From contig CAXVYS010000009.1 in the NCBI GenBank assembly GCA_963422675.2, positions 213,702 through 277,701 on the forward strand: 64,000 nucleotides of DNA, written 5' to 3'. The position numbers and the translations under genes were made by a program. Below, one piece after another: positions 27,560 to 36,937 of this stretch (within the stretch, counting starts at the first letter, position 1; every line of letters begins with the position of its first letter). The notes beneath the pieces were generated by a model. The model searched no databases. It saw nothing but the letters and a program-made list of their open reading frames with translations, and was not told the DNA's origin. This DNA comes from Bacteroidia bacterium. GTDB taxonomy: Bacteria; Bacteroidota; Bacteroidia; B-17B0; Aurantibacillaceae.

Positions 27560-28330
27560 ATGAATCTGAAAAAACATATTCCCAATGCCCTTACCTGCTG
27601 TAATTTATTATGCGGTTGTATTGCCATAGAACAGGCATTTGAAGGAAATTTAGTTATCGCCGCTTATCTGGTTGGACTGGCAGCAATTTTTGATTTTTTT
27701 GATGGCTTTGCTGCAAGGCTTTTAAGAGTTGCTTCACCTATAGGGAAGGATCTGGATAGTTTGGCAGATATGGTAACTTTTGGTGTAGTGCCCGGTGTTG
27801 TTATGTTTCAGTTAATTGAAATGAGCATTTTTTCGTACGTTAATGAAGGCACTGCAGCTGTTCAGAATTTTCATGAGAAAGAACTTGCTTTATCCGGACT
27901 GGTGGTTTATGTTGCATTTCTTATCCCTATTTTTTCAGCCATTCGTTTAGCTAAATTTAATAATGATAACCGGCAAACCAGTTCTTTTATAGGATTACCA
28001 ACGCCTGCAAATGCTATTTTAATTTGCTCGTTTCCTCTCATCACGGCAAATACAAATTCATTATTGGCGTCTGATATTATCTTTAATATTTATTTTTTAA
28101 TTAGTATCACCGTCCTGTTAAGCCTTTTGCTAATTACTGAAATCCCTTTATTTGCACTTAAATTCAGAACCTTTTCGTGGTTAGGTAACCGCACACGTTA
28201 TATTTTCCTGGCATTAAGTGTGGTATTGCTCGCTCTGTTTCAATTTGTAGGTATTCCATTAATTATTGTGCTTTACGTTTTAATGAGTATAAACAGTAAT
28301 TATTTTGCCAAACGTAAAGAGCGTAGTTAA
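27560..28330 (+). CDS. pssA: CDP-diacylglycerol--serine O-phosphatidyltransferase (CDP-alcohol phosphatidyltransferase family)
   Basis: Signature D-x2-DG-x2-AR-x8-G-x3-D-x3-D, present as DFFDGFAARLLRVASPIGKDLDSLAD. Multi-pass membrane protein of 256 aa. Confidence 0.8.
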   Translation: MNLKKHIPNALTCCNLLCGCIAIEQAFEGNLVIAAYLVGLAAIFDFFDGFAARLLRVASPIGKDLDSLADMVTFGVVPGVVMFQLIEMSIFSYVNEGTAAVQNFHEKELALSGLVVYVAFLIPIFSAIRLAKFNNDNRQTSSFIGLPTPANAILICSFPLITANTNSLLASDIIFNIYFLISITVLLSLLLITEIPLFALKFRTFSWLGNRTRYIFLALSVVLLALFQFVGIPLIIVLYVLMSINSNYFAKRKERS

Positions 28331-28450
28331 ATTACCCTTGTTTCAACATAAGTGCCCGTTTTTGAAACACATTTTGGCTTTTATCCATAAACGCATGTTT
28401 TCAAACATAAGCGGTACAGTTTTTCCGGCTATTAGCATTACTTTTAGATT

Positions 28451-29110
28451 GTGATAAAACTCGAGCAAATACGCAAAGCCTATAAATTAAATGATACTTC
28501 TTTCGAGGTATTAAAAGGAATTGATATCCATATTAAAGAAGGAGAATTTGTTTCTATTATGGGATCCTCTGGTTCAGGAAAATCAACGCTTTTAAATATT
28601 CTGGGTATTTTAGATAATTACGATTCCGGAACGTACATGCTTAACAACACTTTGGTGAAAGATCTTTCCCAAACAAAGGCTGCGCAATTGCGTAACCGTT
28701 TTTTAGGATTTGTATTTCAATCTTTTAATTTATTGTCTTTTAAAAATGCGATGGAAAATGTAGCGTTACCGCTATACTATCAAAAAGTGTCGCGTAAGGA
28801 AAGAAATAAATTAGCCCTGGAATACCTTGATAGAGTAGGGTTAAGAGAGTGGGCCGACCATTTACCAAGTGAGATGAGCGGAGGGCAAAAACAACGTGTT
28901 GCCATTGCCCGCGCATTAATAGGAAATCCTAAAGTTATTTTTGCCGATGAACCAACAGGCGCACTCGATTCACAAACTTCCATTGAGGTAATGGATATTT
29001 TTAAAGACATTCATAAACAGGGGAAAACCATTGTATTGGTAACGCACGAAAATGATATCGCTGCACTTACCGACCGAACGATACGATTAAAAGACGGACT
29101 TATAATTTAG
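28451..29110 (+). CDS. ABC transporter ATP-binding protein (MacB/LolD-type)
   Basis: Walker A GSSGSGKST, signature SGGQKQR and Walker B VIFADEPT. GTG start. Confidence 0.9.
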   Translation: MIKLEQIRKAYKLNDTSFEVLKGIDIHIKEGEFVSIMGSSGSGKSTLLNILGILDNYDSGTYMLNNTLVKDLSQTKAAQLRNRFLGFVFQSFNLLSFKNAMENVALPLYYQKVSRKERNKLALEYLDRVGLREWADHLPSEMSGGQKQRVAIARALIGNPKVIFADEPTGALDSQTSIEVMDIFKDIHKQGKTIVLVTHENDIAALTDRTIRLKDGLII

Positions 29111-29176
29111 GAAGTAAGATTTAGGATTTATAAAGTATGAAATCCAACATCAAATTTCTAACATCTAAAATAGCAT

Positions 29177-30406
29177 ATGTTTGACCTAGATAAGTGGCAG
29201 GAAATATTAGGAACCATTAAGAAGAATAAACTTCGTACGATACTTACGGCGTTTAGCGTAGCATGGGGAATTTTTATCCTGATCATTTTACTGGCTGCAG
29301 GGCAGGGATTAAAAAACGGAGCACAATCGCAATTCGGTAATGATGCTGCCAACAGCATTTGGATAGATGGCGGACAAACCAGCATGGCTTTTGAAGGGTA
29401 TAAGCCCGGAAGAACCATTCAGTTGAGGAACGGAGATTTTTATGATATTAAAAATAAAACGCGGGATGTTGATCATGCGTCTGCAACCTTTGGCTGGCGC
29501 GAAAATAAAATGCTTTCTTATAAAAAAGAACATTCCGGTTTTTTAGTACGTTCCTGTGCACCTGATCATAATTTACTGGAAAAAGCCAAACTCATTAAGG
29601 GACGTTTTATCAATGAATTTGATTTTAATGAATTCAGAAAAGTGTGTGTGCTGGGCGAGCCTGTAGAAAAAATGTTATTTAAAGGAGAGGATCCTATTGG
29701 GAAATTTATAGATGTGAGTGGTACAAAATATAAAGTAGTAGGCGTATTTAACGATCCAGGCAAAGGAGATAACGAACGGATTTATATCCCTTTGCTAACA
29801 GCCCAGAGGATTTATAATGGTAAAGATAATGTAGGAGTTATATGGGCCACAACGGGCAATGCCTCCCTGGAACGAAGTGAACAAATGGTAACGGAAATCA
29901 GGAATAACCTGGCGAAGAAATATCATTTTAACCCTAATGATATGAATGCGATTGGTGTGAGAAATAATAACGCAGAGTATAAACGCATCATGGGGATGTT
30001 GGATGGAATTAAGATATTTATTTTTGTAATTGGTGTATTGACTTTATTGGCAGGGGTTGTAGGGATTAGTAATATTATGATGATCGTTGTAAAAGAACGT
30101 ACCAAAGAGATAGGAGTAAGGAAGGCTCTAGGTGCTTCTCCATTTTCTATTGTTTCTTTAATTATTCAGGAATCTGTTTTTATTACGTCTATTGCGGGTT
30201 ATATAGGCTTAATGCTGGGCGTGGTTGTGGTAGAAATTATTAAGTATTTTAAACTGGAAGGAGATTTTTTTAAAGACCCGGATGTAGATGTAAATATAGC
30301 CCTGTCGGCAGTAATCATGATTGTTATAGCAGGTGCCCTGGCAGGATTGTTCCCGGCTATAAAAGCTGCAAAAGTAGAACCCATAACCGCTTTAAGAGAA
30401 GATTAA
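29177..30406 (+). CDS. ABC transporter permease, MacB/FtsX-like
   Basis: N-terminal TM helix, large periplasmic MacB_PCD-like domain, and a C-terminal FtsX 3-TM module (VKERTKEIGVRKALGAS). Confidence 0.85.
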   Translation: MFDLDKWQEILGTIKKNKLRTILTAFSVAWGIFILIILLAAGQGLKNGAQSQFGNDAANSIWIDGGQTSMAFEGYKPGRTIQLRNGDFYDIKNKTRDVDHASATFGWRENKMLSYKKEHSGFLVRSCAPDHNLLEKAKLIKGRFINEFDFNEFRKVCVLGEPVEKMLFKGEDPIGKFIDVSGTKYKVVGVFNDPGKGDNERIYIPLLTAQRIYNGKDNVGVIWATTGNASLERSEQMVTEIRNNLAKKYHFNPNDMNAIGVRNNNAEYKRIMGMLDGIKIFIFVIGVLTLLAGVVGISNIMMIVVKERTKEIGVRKALGASPFSIVSLIIQESVFITSIAGYIGLMLGVVVVEIIKYFKLEGDFFKDPDVDVNIALSAVIMIVIAGALAGLFPAIKAAKVEPITALRED

Positions 30407-30407
30407 T

Positions 30408-31661
30408 TTGATATTTGAAAGAGATAGCTGGCAAGAGATTTTTGCAACCATTCGCAAAAATAAACTACGTACATTCCTAACGATGTTGGGTGTGTTTTGG
30501 GGAATTTTTATGCTGGTTATTATGCTGGGTTCTGGCAATGGCTTGCGAAATGGGATTATGAATGGGTTTGCGGGCACAGCTACCAATAGCTTTTTTATGT
30601 GGACTCAGCAAACGTCCAAAGCATACAAAGGGATGAAACCAGGTCGCAATTTTAACTTTAACTTAAGCGATGCCGAAGCTCTCAACCAAATTCCCGAATT
30701 AGATGTGATTGCCCCGTTGAATCAATTAGGAGGGCATGATGCTGCCAATAATGTAGTGAGAGGCTTAAAAACAGCGGCTTGTGGAATACAGGCCTGTTAC
30801 CCACAGGTAAATAAAATACAACAGGTGCGGATTGGTAAAGGACGATTTATCAATGAATTTGATATCAAAGAAAAAAGAAAGATTTGTGTGATTGGTCCAA
30901 GGGTAGTTGAATTATTATTTAAAAAAGGAGAAGAGGTAGTAGGACAATACATCCGTGTAAACGGCGTTTATTTTAAAGTGGTAGGGATTACAAGTCCTAC
31001 TGCCGGTGGACAAGACGGACAAGAACAAGCGGAGAGGATCAATATTCCTTTTACCACTTTTCAAAATGCGTTTAATTATGGAGATATTGTTGGTTGGTTT
31101 GCTATTAAATCGAGAGACGATATCCCTGCTGAAGTAGCTGAAGAAAAGGTATTGATGCTCATGAAAGAACGTCATAAAATTGCTCCTGACGACCTTGCTG
31201 CTATTGGACACTGGAATATGGAAGTAGAATACAATAAGCTTAACGGATTGTTTACCGGAATCGAAGTATTAATCTGGATCGTTGGCTCAGGAACCTTATT
31301 AGCCGGAGTTATCGGAATCAGTAATATTATGTTAATTGTTGTAAAAGAACGAACCAAAGAAATAGGAGTTAAAAGAGCTCTCGGAGCTTTGCCCATTCAA
31401 ATCATTTCTCAGATATTAATTGAAACCGTCTTTCTCACTGCTATTTCGGGCTATTTAGGATTGGTGGCAGGTATCGGGTTATTAGAATTATTAAATAAAG
31501 CTATAGGAAGTTCAGGAGAAATGTTTTCTAATCCAACAGTTGATTTGGGTGTTGCTTTAAAAGCATTAACGATCCTGATTGTTGGAGGAGCCCTTGCAGG
31601 TTTGATTCCTGCTGCAAAATCTGTTTCTATAAAACCAGTAGACGCCTTAAGAAGTGAATAA
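30408..31661 (+). CDS. ABC transporter permease, MacB/FtsX-like (paralog of the previous gene)
   Basis: Same architecture as 29177..30406 and clearly similar to it (WQEI..TI.KNKLRT, VKERTKEIGVKRALGA). TTG start 1 nt after the upstream stop. Confidence 0.85.
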   Translation: MIFERDSWQEIFATIRKNKLRTFLTMLGVFWGIFMLVIMLGSGNGLRNGIMNGFAGTATNSFFMWTQQTSKAYKGMKPGRNFNFNLSDAEALNQIPELDVIAPLNQLGGHDAANNVVRGLKTAACGIQACYPQVNKIQQVRIGKGRFINEFDIKEKRKICVIGPRVVELLFKKGEEVVGQYIRVNGVYFKVVGITSPTAGGQDGQEQAERINIPFTTFQNAFNYGDIVGWFAIKSRDDIPAEVAEEKVLMLMKERHKIAPDDLAAIGHWNMEVEYNKLNGLFTGIEVLIWIVGSGTLLAGVIGISNIMLIVVKERTKEIGVKRALGALPIQIISQILIETVFLTAISGYLGLVAGIGLLELLNKAIGSSGEMFSNPTVDLGVALKALTILIVGGALAGLIPAAKSVSIKPVDALRSE

Positions 31662-31696
31662 GAACGATAAAAATTATAAAATATTAAATAAAAGTT

Positions 31697-32836
31697 ATGA
31701 TGAAATCAAGTGATAGTAATAAAAAATCAAAGAGTATCGGGAAGAAAATTACCAGGACTATATTATTGCTCCTTCTTTTTAGTGGAATTATATGGACGTT
31801 TTATTTCTTTTATGCGAAATCTCAAACGCCTCCTGTAACGTTTGAAACCACTACGCCTTTTGATACGGTTATTATTAAAAAGACAGTAGCTACAGGTTCT
31901 GTAACGCCGCGTAAAGAAGTAAACATGAAATCGCAGGTGAGCGGAATTATAGAGAAATTATACATTTTGGCCGGGCAACAAATTAAACAGGGAGATGTGA
32001 TCGCTAAAATAAAGATCATCCCGAATATGCTTAATATGGCCAATGCAGAAACACGTGTAAACACTGCAAAAATAAATTATGATAATGCAAAAATAGAATA
32101 CGACCGAAGTAAATTATTGTTTGACCAAAGTGTTATTGCCAAATCGGAATTTCAGCTAGCCGAATTAAAAATAAAAGCAACCCAGGAAGAACTATCCGCT
32201 TCACAAAATCAGTTGGATATTATTAAAGAAGGTGTTTCCAAATCGAGTGGCACTACATCTAACACCCTCGTAAAAGCCACTATTACAGGCATGGTGCTGG
32301 ATGTTCCGGTAAAGGAAGGCGGCCAGGTTATTGAAAGTAATACCTTTAACGAAGGAACAACCATTGCTGCAGTAGCAAACATGGGAGAAATGATTTTTGA
32401 AGGAAAACTGGATGAAAGTGAAGTAGGGAAGGTGAGCGAAGGAATGGACATTGTATTAACCATTGGTGCTATTGATAAAGAAAGTTTTAAAGCTAAATTG
32501 GAATACATTGCTCCAAAAGGTGTAACAGAAAACGGGGCCATTCAGTTTTTGATCCGGGCCTCTATCAGTAAGGATAACAGCTCTTTTTTACGGGCGGGCT
32601 ATAGTGCTAACGCGGATATTATTTTGGCTAAAAAAGAGAAAGTAATGGCCATTCCTGAAAGTATCATTCAGTTTGAAAAAGAAAAACCGTTTGTAGAATT
32701 GGAAATTGCTCCACAAAAATTCGAAAAACGATTTATTAAAACAGGATTGTCTGACGGAATAAACATTGAAGTGTTAGAGGGAATTAAAAAAGGCGATAAA
32801 CTAAAACTCCCGCAACTGGCCGAAATGCCTCATTAA
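31697..32836 (+). CDS. Efflux transporter periplasmic adaptor subunit (HlyD/MacA/RND MFP family)
   Basis: N-terminal TM anchor, a lipoyl/barrel-sandwich motif (GDVIAKI), a coiled-coil hairpin region and a beta-barrel C-terminus. Confidence 0.8.
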   Translation: MMKSSDSNKKSKSIGKKITRTILLLLLFSGIIWTFYFFYAKSQTPPVTFETTTPFDTVIIKKTVATGSVTPRKEVNMKSQVSGIIEKLYILAGQQIKQGDVIAKIKIIPNMLNMANAETRVNTAKINYDNAKIEYDRSKLLFDQSVIAKSEFQLAELKIKATQEELSASQNQLDIIKEGVSKSSGTTSNTLVKATITGMVLDVPVKEGGQVIESNTFNEGTTIAAVANMGEMIFEGKLDESEVGKVSEGMDIVLTIGAIDKESFKAKLEYIAPKGVTENGAIQFLIRASISKDNSSFLRAGYSANADIILAKKEKVMAIPESIIQFEKEKPFVELEIAPQKFEKRFIKTGLSDGINIEVLEGIKKGDKLKLPQLAEMPH

Positions 32837-33468
32837 TTGAGCAGCCTTTTCCAGAATAGAAAATGTTTCAAATGAAAATTTCTGTTTAGTTGACGTGAGC
32901 CGTAGTTAAGCAAGAGTAATTCAATTTGTTTTTCGGTGAGCTGCATGGCTTTGTCCAGTGGAATCAGAGCCTTTTGTGCATACCATCCCTGGCTCATTAA
33001 ATTGTGTTTCCGCTCGTTTTCCGTTAATTGTTTTTCAAGGGGATGAGCAGAAGCATTAATGCTTTCATATTTAGCATTGGCATGCGGATGATCCCAGCCA
33101 AACAAATGCCCTATTTCATGAGGAATAGTTCTGGTGTTTTTATTTGAAATAATATCAGGAATGATAGCTCTGTTCAGTTTTATCCTCAGGCCTTTAAAAT
33201 CAGCTTCAGCAGGGTTATTCCCGGGAATAATATCTACGATCTGGAACAGGATATTTTTCTCTGAACATTGAGCTTCTCTTTGTAAAACATGAATGTTGGT
33301 ATCAATATCTAAACTGTATTTCCCAACAGATGCATGATACACCTGTGCCAGTTGAGTAACAATAGCACGTTGTAATGCAACGAGGTCAAATGCCTGTGCA
33401 CTTGTATTGATCAGGTCTGCATGAAGTTTTATAAAGATTGTATGGTGTTGTTTTGTAAGGAAGATCAT
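32833..33468 (-). CDS. Small cytoplasmic protein with a metzincin-type zinc motif (putative metallopeptidase)
   Basis: Exact HExxHxxGxxH (HEIGHLFGWDH, nt 33088-33120) with a possible Met-turn (NLMSQG) 30 aa downstream. No signal peptide. It starts 2 nt after the upstream hydrolase stop. Confidence 0.5.
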   Translation of the reverse strand: MIFLTKQHHTIFIKLHADLINTSAQAFDLVALQRAIVTQLAQVYHASVGKYSLDIDTNIHVLQREAQCSEKNILFQIVDIIPGNNPAEADFKGLRIKLNRAIIPDIISNKNTRTIPHEIGHLFGWDHPHANAKYESINASAHPLEKQLTENERKHNLMSQGWYAQKALIPLDKAMQLTEKQIELLLLNYGSRQLNRNFHLKHFLFWKRLLN

Positions 33469-33470
33469 TT

Positions 33471-34652
33471 TTAATAGGGTGATGTCGGTTCATACATTCT
33501 CAAGGCTTCATCTACACAGTATCCAACATCCAGGGGAGTGTGATCTTTTCCTTTTATCCTGCGTTTCCTTGCCAAACGGCAAATTATTAAGTTTTTCTCA
33601 GGGACACAGATCACATATTGTCCTAACATGCCCTGCATATAAAATATCCGCAGACCTTTATATTCGGTAAGCCACCAGGCATAACCATAGGTTCTATTTT
33701 TTATACCACTCTCTTCCATGCAATCGAACGGCCTGATGGATTGTGATACGTAGGCACTATCAACCAGTTGTTTCCCATTCCAATTGCCATGATGCATATA
33801 GAGTTTTCCCATGCGGGCAAAATCCCTGGCATTGCTGTTAATGCAACAAAACGCTTTTTCAAGCCCGTCTTTTTTATCGAGACTCCAGTAAGCGCTATTT
33901 TCACATTCCATGGGAGTCCATAACTTTTCGCTTAAATAGGTAGCTAACGGTTTGCGTATGGCCTTTGTAATACAATATCCCAATAAAGCAGTATTCCCGC
34001 TTAAATACTTATATACTTTGCCGGGTTCACTGATTCTCTTTTTATACTGTGTACAGGCGGCGAGCAGGTTACTGCCATAGTACCCTTCTGCCGGAAACGA
34101 AAAAGGATTACCGTAACTTTCATCGAAAGCAATACCGGAGGTCATGGTTACCAGGTGTTTTAAGGTAATACGCGAACGCCAGTCCTTTTTAAATTCGGGA
34201 ATATACGTATATACAGGCTCATCAATGGATTTGATATAACCATCTTTAATGGCACATCCCAGCAATGCTCCCGTAAAGCTTTTTGCCATGCTAAATGAAT
34301 TAGTGTGCGAGGTATCACTAAATCCATCCCAATAGTGTTCGTGAATTAAACTGTCGTTTTTGATAACCACAAAAGCATGGGCTTCCACTTCTTTCATTAA
34401 AGTTTCAAATTGTGGAGATACCTGTTGCGAATTATAGCGTTGTGATACAGGCCATTTAGCGGGTGCTAATGCTTCTATTTTTCTGTTATGGAATATCTGG
34501 TACTCTGTGGAGCTTGGCCCTGTTTGCCCTTTTAGATAAGTGCTGCAAATTGCTTTGTATAGATACCAACGACCCGAAAACAGAATGATCAGATTTGCCA
34601 GTATAAAAATGACCAGGGTGGTTTTAAATAAAAGCTTTAAAATACGTTTCAT
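33471..34652 (-). CDS. Serine hydrolase, beta-lactamase/transpeptidase fold (class C-related), membrane-anchored
   Basis: N-terminal TM helix, an SxxK motif (FSMAKSF) and a later YSGN-like YLSGNT motif. Confidence 0.75.
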   Translation of the reverse strand: MKRILKLLFKTTLVIFILANLIILFSGRWYLYKAICSTYLKGQTGPSSTEYQIFHNRKIEALAPAKWPVSQRYNSQQVSPQFETLMKEVEAHAFVVIKNDSLIHEHYWDGFSDTSHTNSFSMAKSFTGALLGCAIKDGYIKSIDEPVYTYIPEFKKDWRSRITLKHLVTMTSGIAFDESYGNPFSFPAEGYYGSNLLAACTQYKKRISEPGKVYKYLSGNTALLGYCITKAIRKPLATYLSEKLWTPMECENSAYWSLDKKDGLEKAFCCINSNARDFARMGKLYMHHGNWNGKQLVDSAYVSQSIRPFDCMEESGIKNRTYGYAWWLTEYKGLRIFYMQGMLGQYVICVPEKNLIICRLARKRRIKGKDHTPLDVGYCVDEALRMYEPTSPY

Positions 34653-34707
34653 TTAGTCTTTAATTTTTTAAAATACCGAATCAGTTTATAAACCCGGGCC
34701 GGGGCGC

Positions 34708-35445
34708 TTATAGAATGGGGGTGAAGGCCGTTTTTTTATCTGAGATTAATTCACATTCAAAAAGAGCGGAAAAATGTTTTTTCAATTTTTCTTTTATCTC
34801 ATTAAGATCTACATCATGACCCAGCTCTTTGTTTAAGCTTGTTACAGCCTTATCCTGTATGCCGCAGGGTACAATATTACTGAAATAATCTAAATCCGAA
34901 TTTACATTAAATCCCCAGCCGTGCATGGTTACCCAGCGGCTGCAACGTACACCAAATGCACAGATTTTACGGGCTTTAAACAGGTTATCCGCATCAAGCC
35001 ACACACCGGTTTCTCCTTTGCTTCTTCCGCCTTTTATACCATATTCATCTAACGTAAGAATAATGGTTTCTTCCAGTAAACGAAGGTATTTGTGAATGTC
35101 TGTAAAAAAATGATCAAGGTCTAAAATAGGGTAAGCAACTAATTGTCCCGGGCCGTGATATGTGATATCCCCACCCCGGTTAATTTTATAATAGGTTGCT
35201 TTTTTTTCTTCGAGTTGATGTTCGTTAATCAGTAAATGTGATACATCCCCGCTTTTACCTAAGGTATATACATGAGGATGCTCAACAAATAATAAATGAT
35301 TTTTGGTGTCAATTTGTTTAGAAGGATCGAGGTCCCTGTTAGCAATTTTTTGCGCAATGGTTTCATTAAACAGGCTTTCCTGATAGTCCCAACAGTCTTT
35401 GTAGTCCATCAGGCCAAGGTCTTGAAATAGAACCTGTTTATTCAC
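34708..35445 (-). CDS. lipB: Lipoyl(octanoyl) transferase LipB
   Basis: RGGDITYHGPGQLV motif, KICAFGV (active Lys) and VPCGI (active Cys). Confidence 0.9.
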   Translation of the reverse strand: MNKQVLFQDLGLMDYKDCWDYQESLFNETIAQKIANRDLDPSKQIDTKNHLLFVEHPHVYTLGKSGDVSHLLINEHQLEEKKATYYKINRGGDITYHGPGQLVAYPILDLDHFFTDIHKYLRLLEETIILTLDEYGIKGGRSKGETGVWLDADNLFKARKICAFGVRCSRWVTMHGWGFNVNSDLDYFSNIVPCGIQDKAVTSLNKELGHDVDLNEIKEKLKKHFSALFECELISDKKTAFTPIL

Positions 35446-35451
35446 GTAAGG

Positions 35452-36435
35452 TTATTTAAGGTTTGCTAACTCGTTTTTTAAATTGGTGATCACATCTACT
35501 TCCACAGCATCAATATTTTTTAATTCGGCCATGTAATACGAGATCCAATCGCCGATGTGTATCAGATAAAAATACTGTTGTAGTTTAGTACTGCCTTTGG
35601 CGGTAATATCTGTAACGGAAGAGCTGAATTTTTCGAACAAAGGTTTACAGATCTCGTAACGTTTCATGGTACGGATGTAATCAAACGAAGTTCTGAATGT
35701 TACTACTGCCAGAGAATCATTTTTTTCTACCCAGCCTACCAATTCATTGTGATTCATTTCAGGAAGGGTATGGTGCCAGCAAAGCATTTTTCCATTTTCG
35801 TTAATTTGTTGGCGAAATCTTACAGTAGTCCCTTCGCAAGAGCCTAATGAATAAATTACCGGAATTTTGTTAAGTAATTTTTTGGAAATGGTTTTTGCTT
35901 CGCTAGTAATATGAGCTTCTTCAGCATCTAATACACGAATGCTTTCTTTAACATCGCTTAAAAGATCTGTTTTCACAAACCCGTTAAATTGCATGATTTT
36001 AAATAGCTGCACAATGGAATATCCCATGCACGAACGGGGAGGGTGGCCTCCCGGAATAATAATGGTATCGTAATAATGCTTTGCGGCCAGTTCTTTTACC
36101 TGCCCGCCACTTGTAACACAAACGATTTGGGCATTTTTAGAAATAGCCTGTTGCATCGCAGAAAGTGTTTCTTCTGTATTTCCGCTATAAGAAGAAATAA
36201 TAACCAGGGAATTAGCATTTACAAATTCGGGTAAAAAATAATCTTTATTAACGATAATGGGTACAGGGCATTCATTCTGCACTAATTCAGATAAAATAGT
36301 ACCACTGATTCCTGAACCTCCAAGGCCGGTTATAATAATGTTTTGTACATTATTTTTTTTAGTTAATACTGCTTTATCGGCAATATCCAATGCTTCTTTT
36401 AGTTGTTTTGTAAACCCTTCTATTAATGTCTTCAT
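35452..36435 (-). CDS. Bifunctional phosphoglucose/phosphomannose isomerase-like SIS-domain protein
   Basis: Two SIS-like halves, with GLGGSGISG and SYSGNTEET motifs. Length is 327 aa. Confidence 0.7.
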   Translation of the reverse strand: MKTLIEGFTKQLKEALDIADKAVLTKKNNVQNIIITGLGGSGISGTILSELVQNECPVPIIVNKDYFLPEFVNANSLVIISSYSGNTEETLSAMQQAISKNAQIVCVTSGGQVKELAAKHYYDTIIIPGGHPPRSCMGYSIVQLFKIMQFNGFVKTDLLSDVKESIRVLDAEEAHITSEAKTISKKLLNKIPVIYSLGSCEGTTVRFRQQINENGKMLCWHHTLPEMNHNELVGWVEKNDSLAVVTFRTSFDYIRTMKRYEICKPLFEKFSSSVTDITAKGSTKLQQYFYLIHIGDWISYYMAELKNIDAVEVDVITNLKNELANLK

Positions 36436-36493
36436 AAAATATCAATAGAGTAAAAGTAAGGAAAAAAACTAAAAAAGAAGGAGTTAATTTTAG

Positions 36494-36937
36494 CTAAATA
36501 GCAATTTCTTCATATTGCTGAGAGGCAATTATCCAGCTTTCGGGAACAGCAACTGTTTGTTTTTGGGTGTAATCCATACATACCAAAATACTTTTACCAT
36601 ATGCCCGCAATTCAAAGCCAGTATCGGTTTTAGCTGCTAATACATTTTCCATATCAAAGCTTTTTGATCCAAAGCGGCTTACCCTTGTAAAACAAAAGAG
36701 GGTGTCCTCCAGTGTTATCGGGGCTTTATACGTGATTTCCGAATGGGCAAGGATCATTCCTGTTTTATCCCAGTCGCCGTGTTTACGGAAAATTTCTTTG
36801 AAATACTCGGTTCTTGAAATTTCGAAATAGGTGAGATGGTTGGCATTGTTTACGTGCCCCTGTTTATCCACATCTTTAAAACGTACCTGGATGCATGTTT
36901 TGAATTTGTAACCGGAAAGTAATTCTTCTGTAGTCAT
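36494..36937 (-). CDS. Acyl-CoA thioesterase, 4HBT/YbgC hotdog fold
   Basis: A 147-aa protein with the DVDKQGHVNNANHLTYFE motif typical of the YbgC/4HBT family. It abuts the polyprenyl synthase gene. Confidence 0.75.
   Translation of the reverse strand: MTTEELLSGYKFKTCIQVRFKDVDKQGHVNNANHLTYFEISRTEYFKEIFRKHGDWDKTGMILAHSEITYKAPITLEDTLFCFTRVSRFGSKSFDMENVLAAKTDTGFELRAYGKSILVCMDYTQKQTVAVPESWIIASQQYEEIAI

Noticed and set aside
34660-34707. GC-rich cccgggccgggg stretch after lipB
   Set aside because: Only a 4-bp stem with a 3-nt loop can form, and there is no convincing T-tract. That is too weak to call a terminator.
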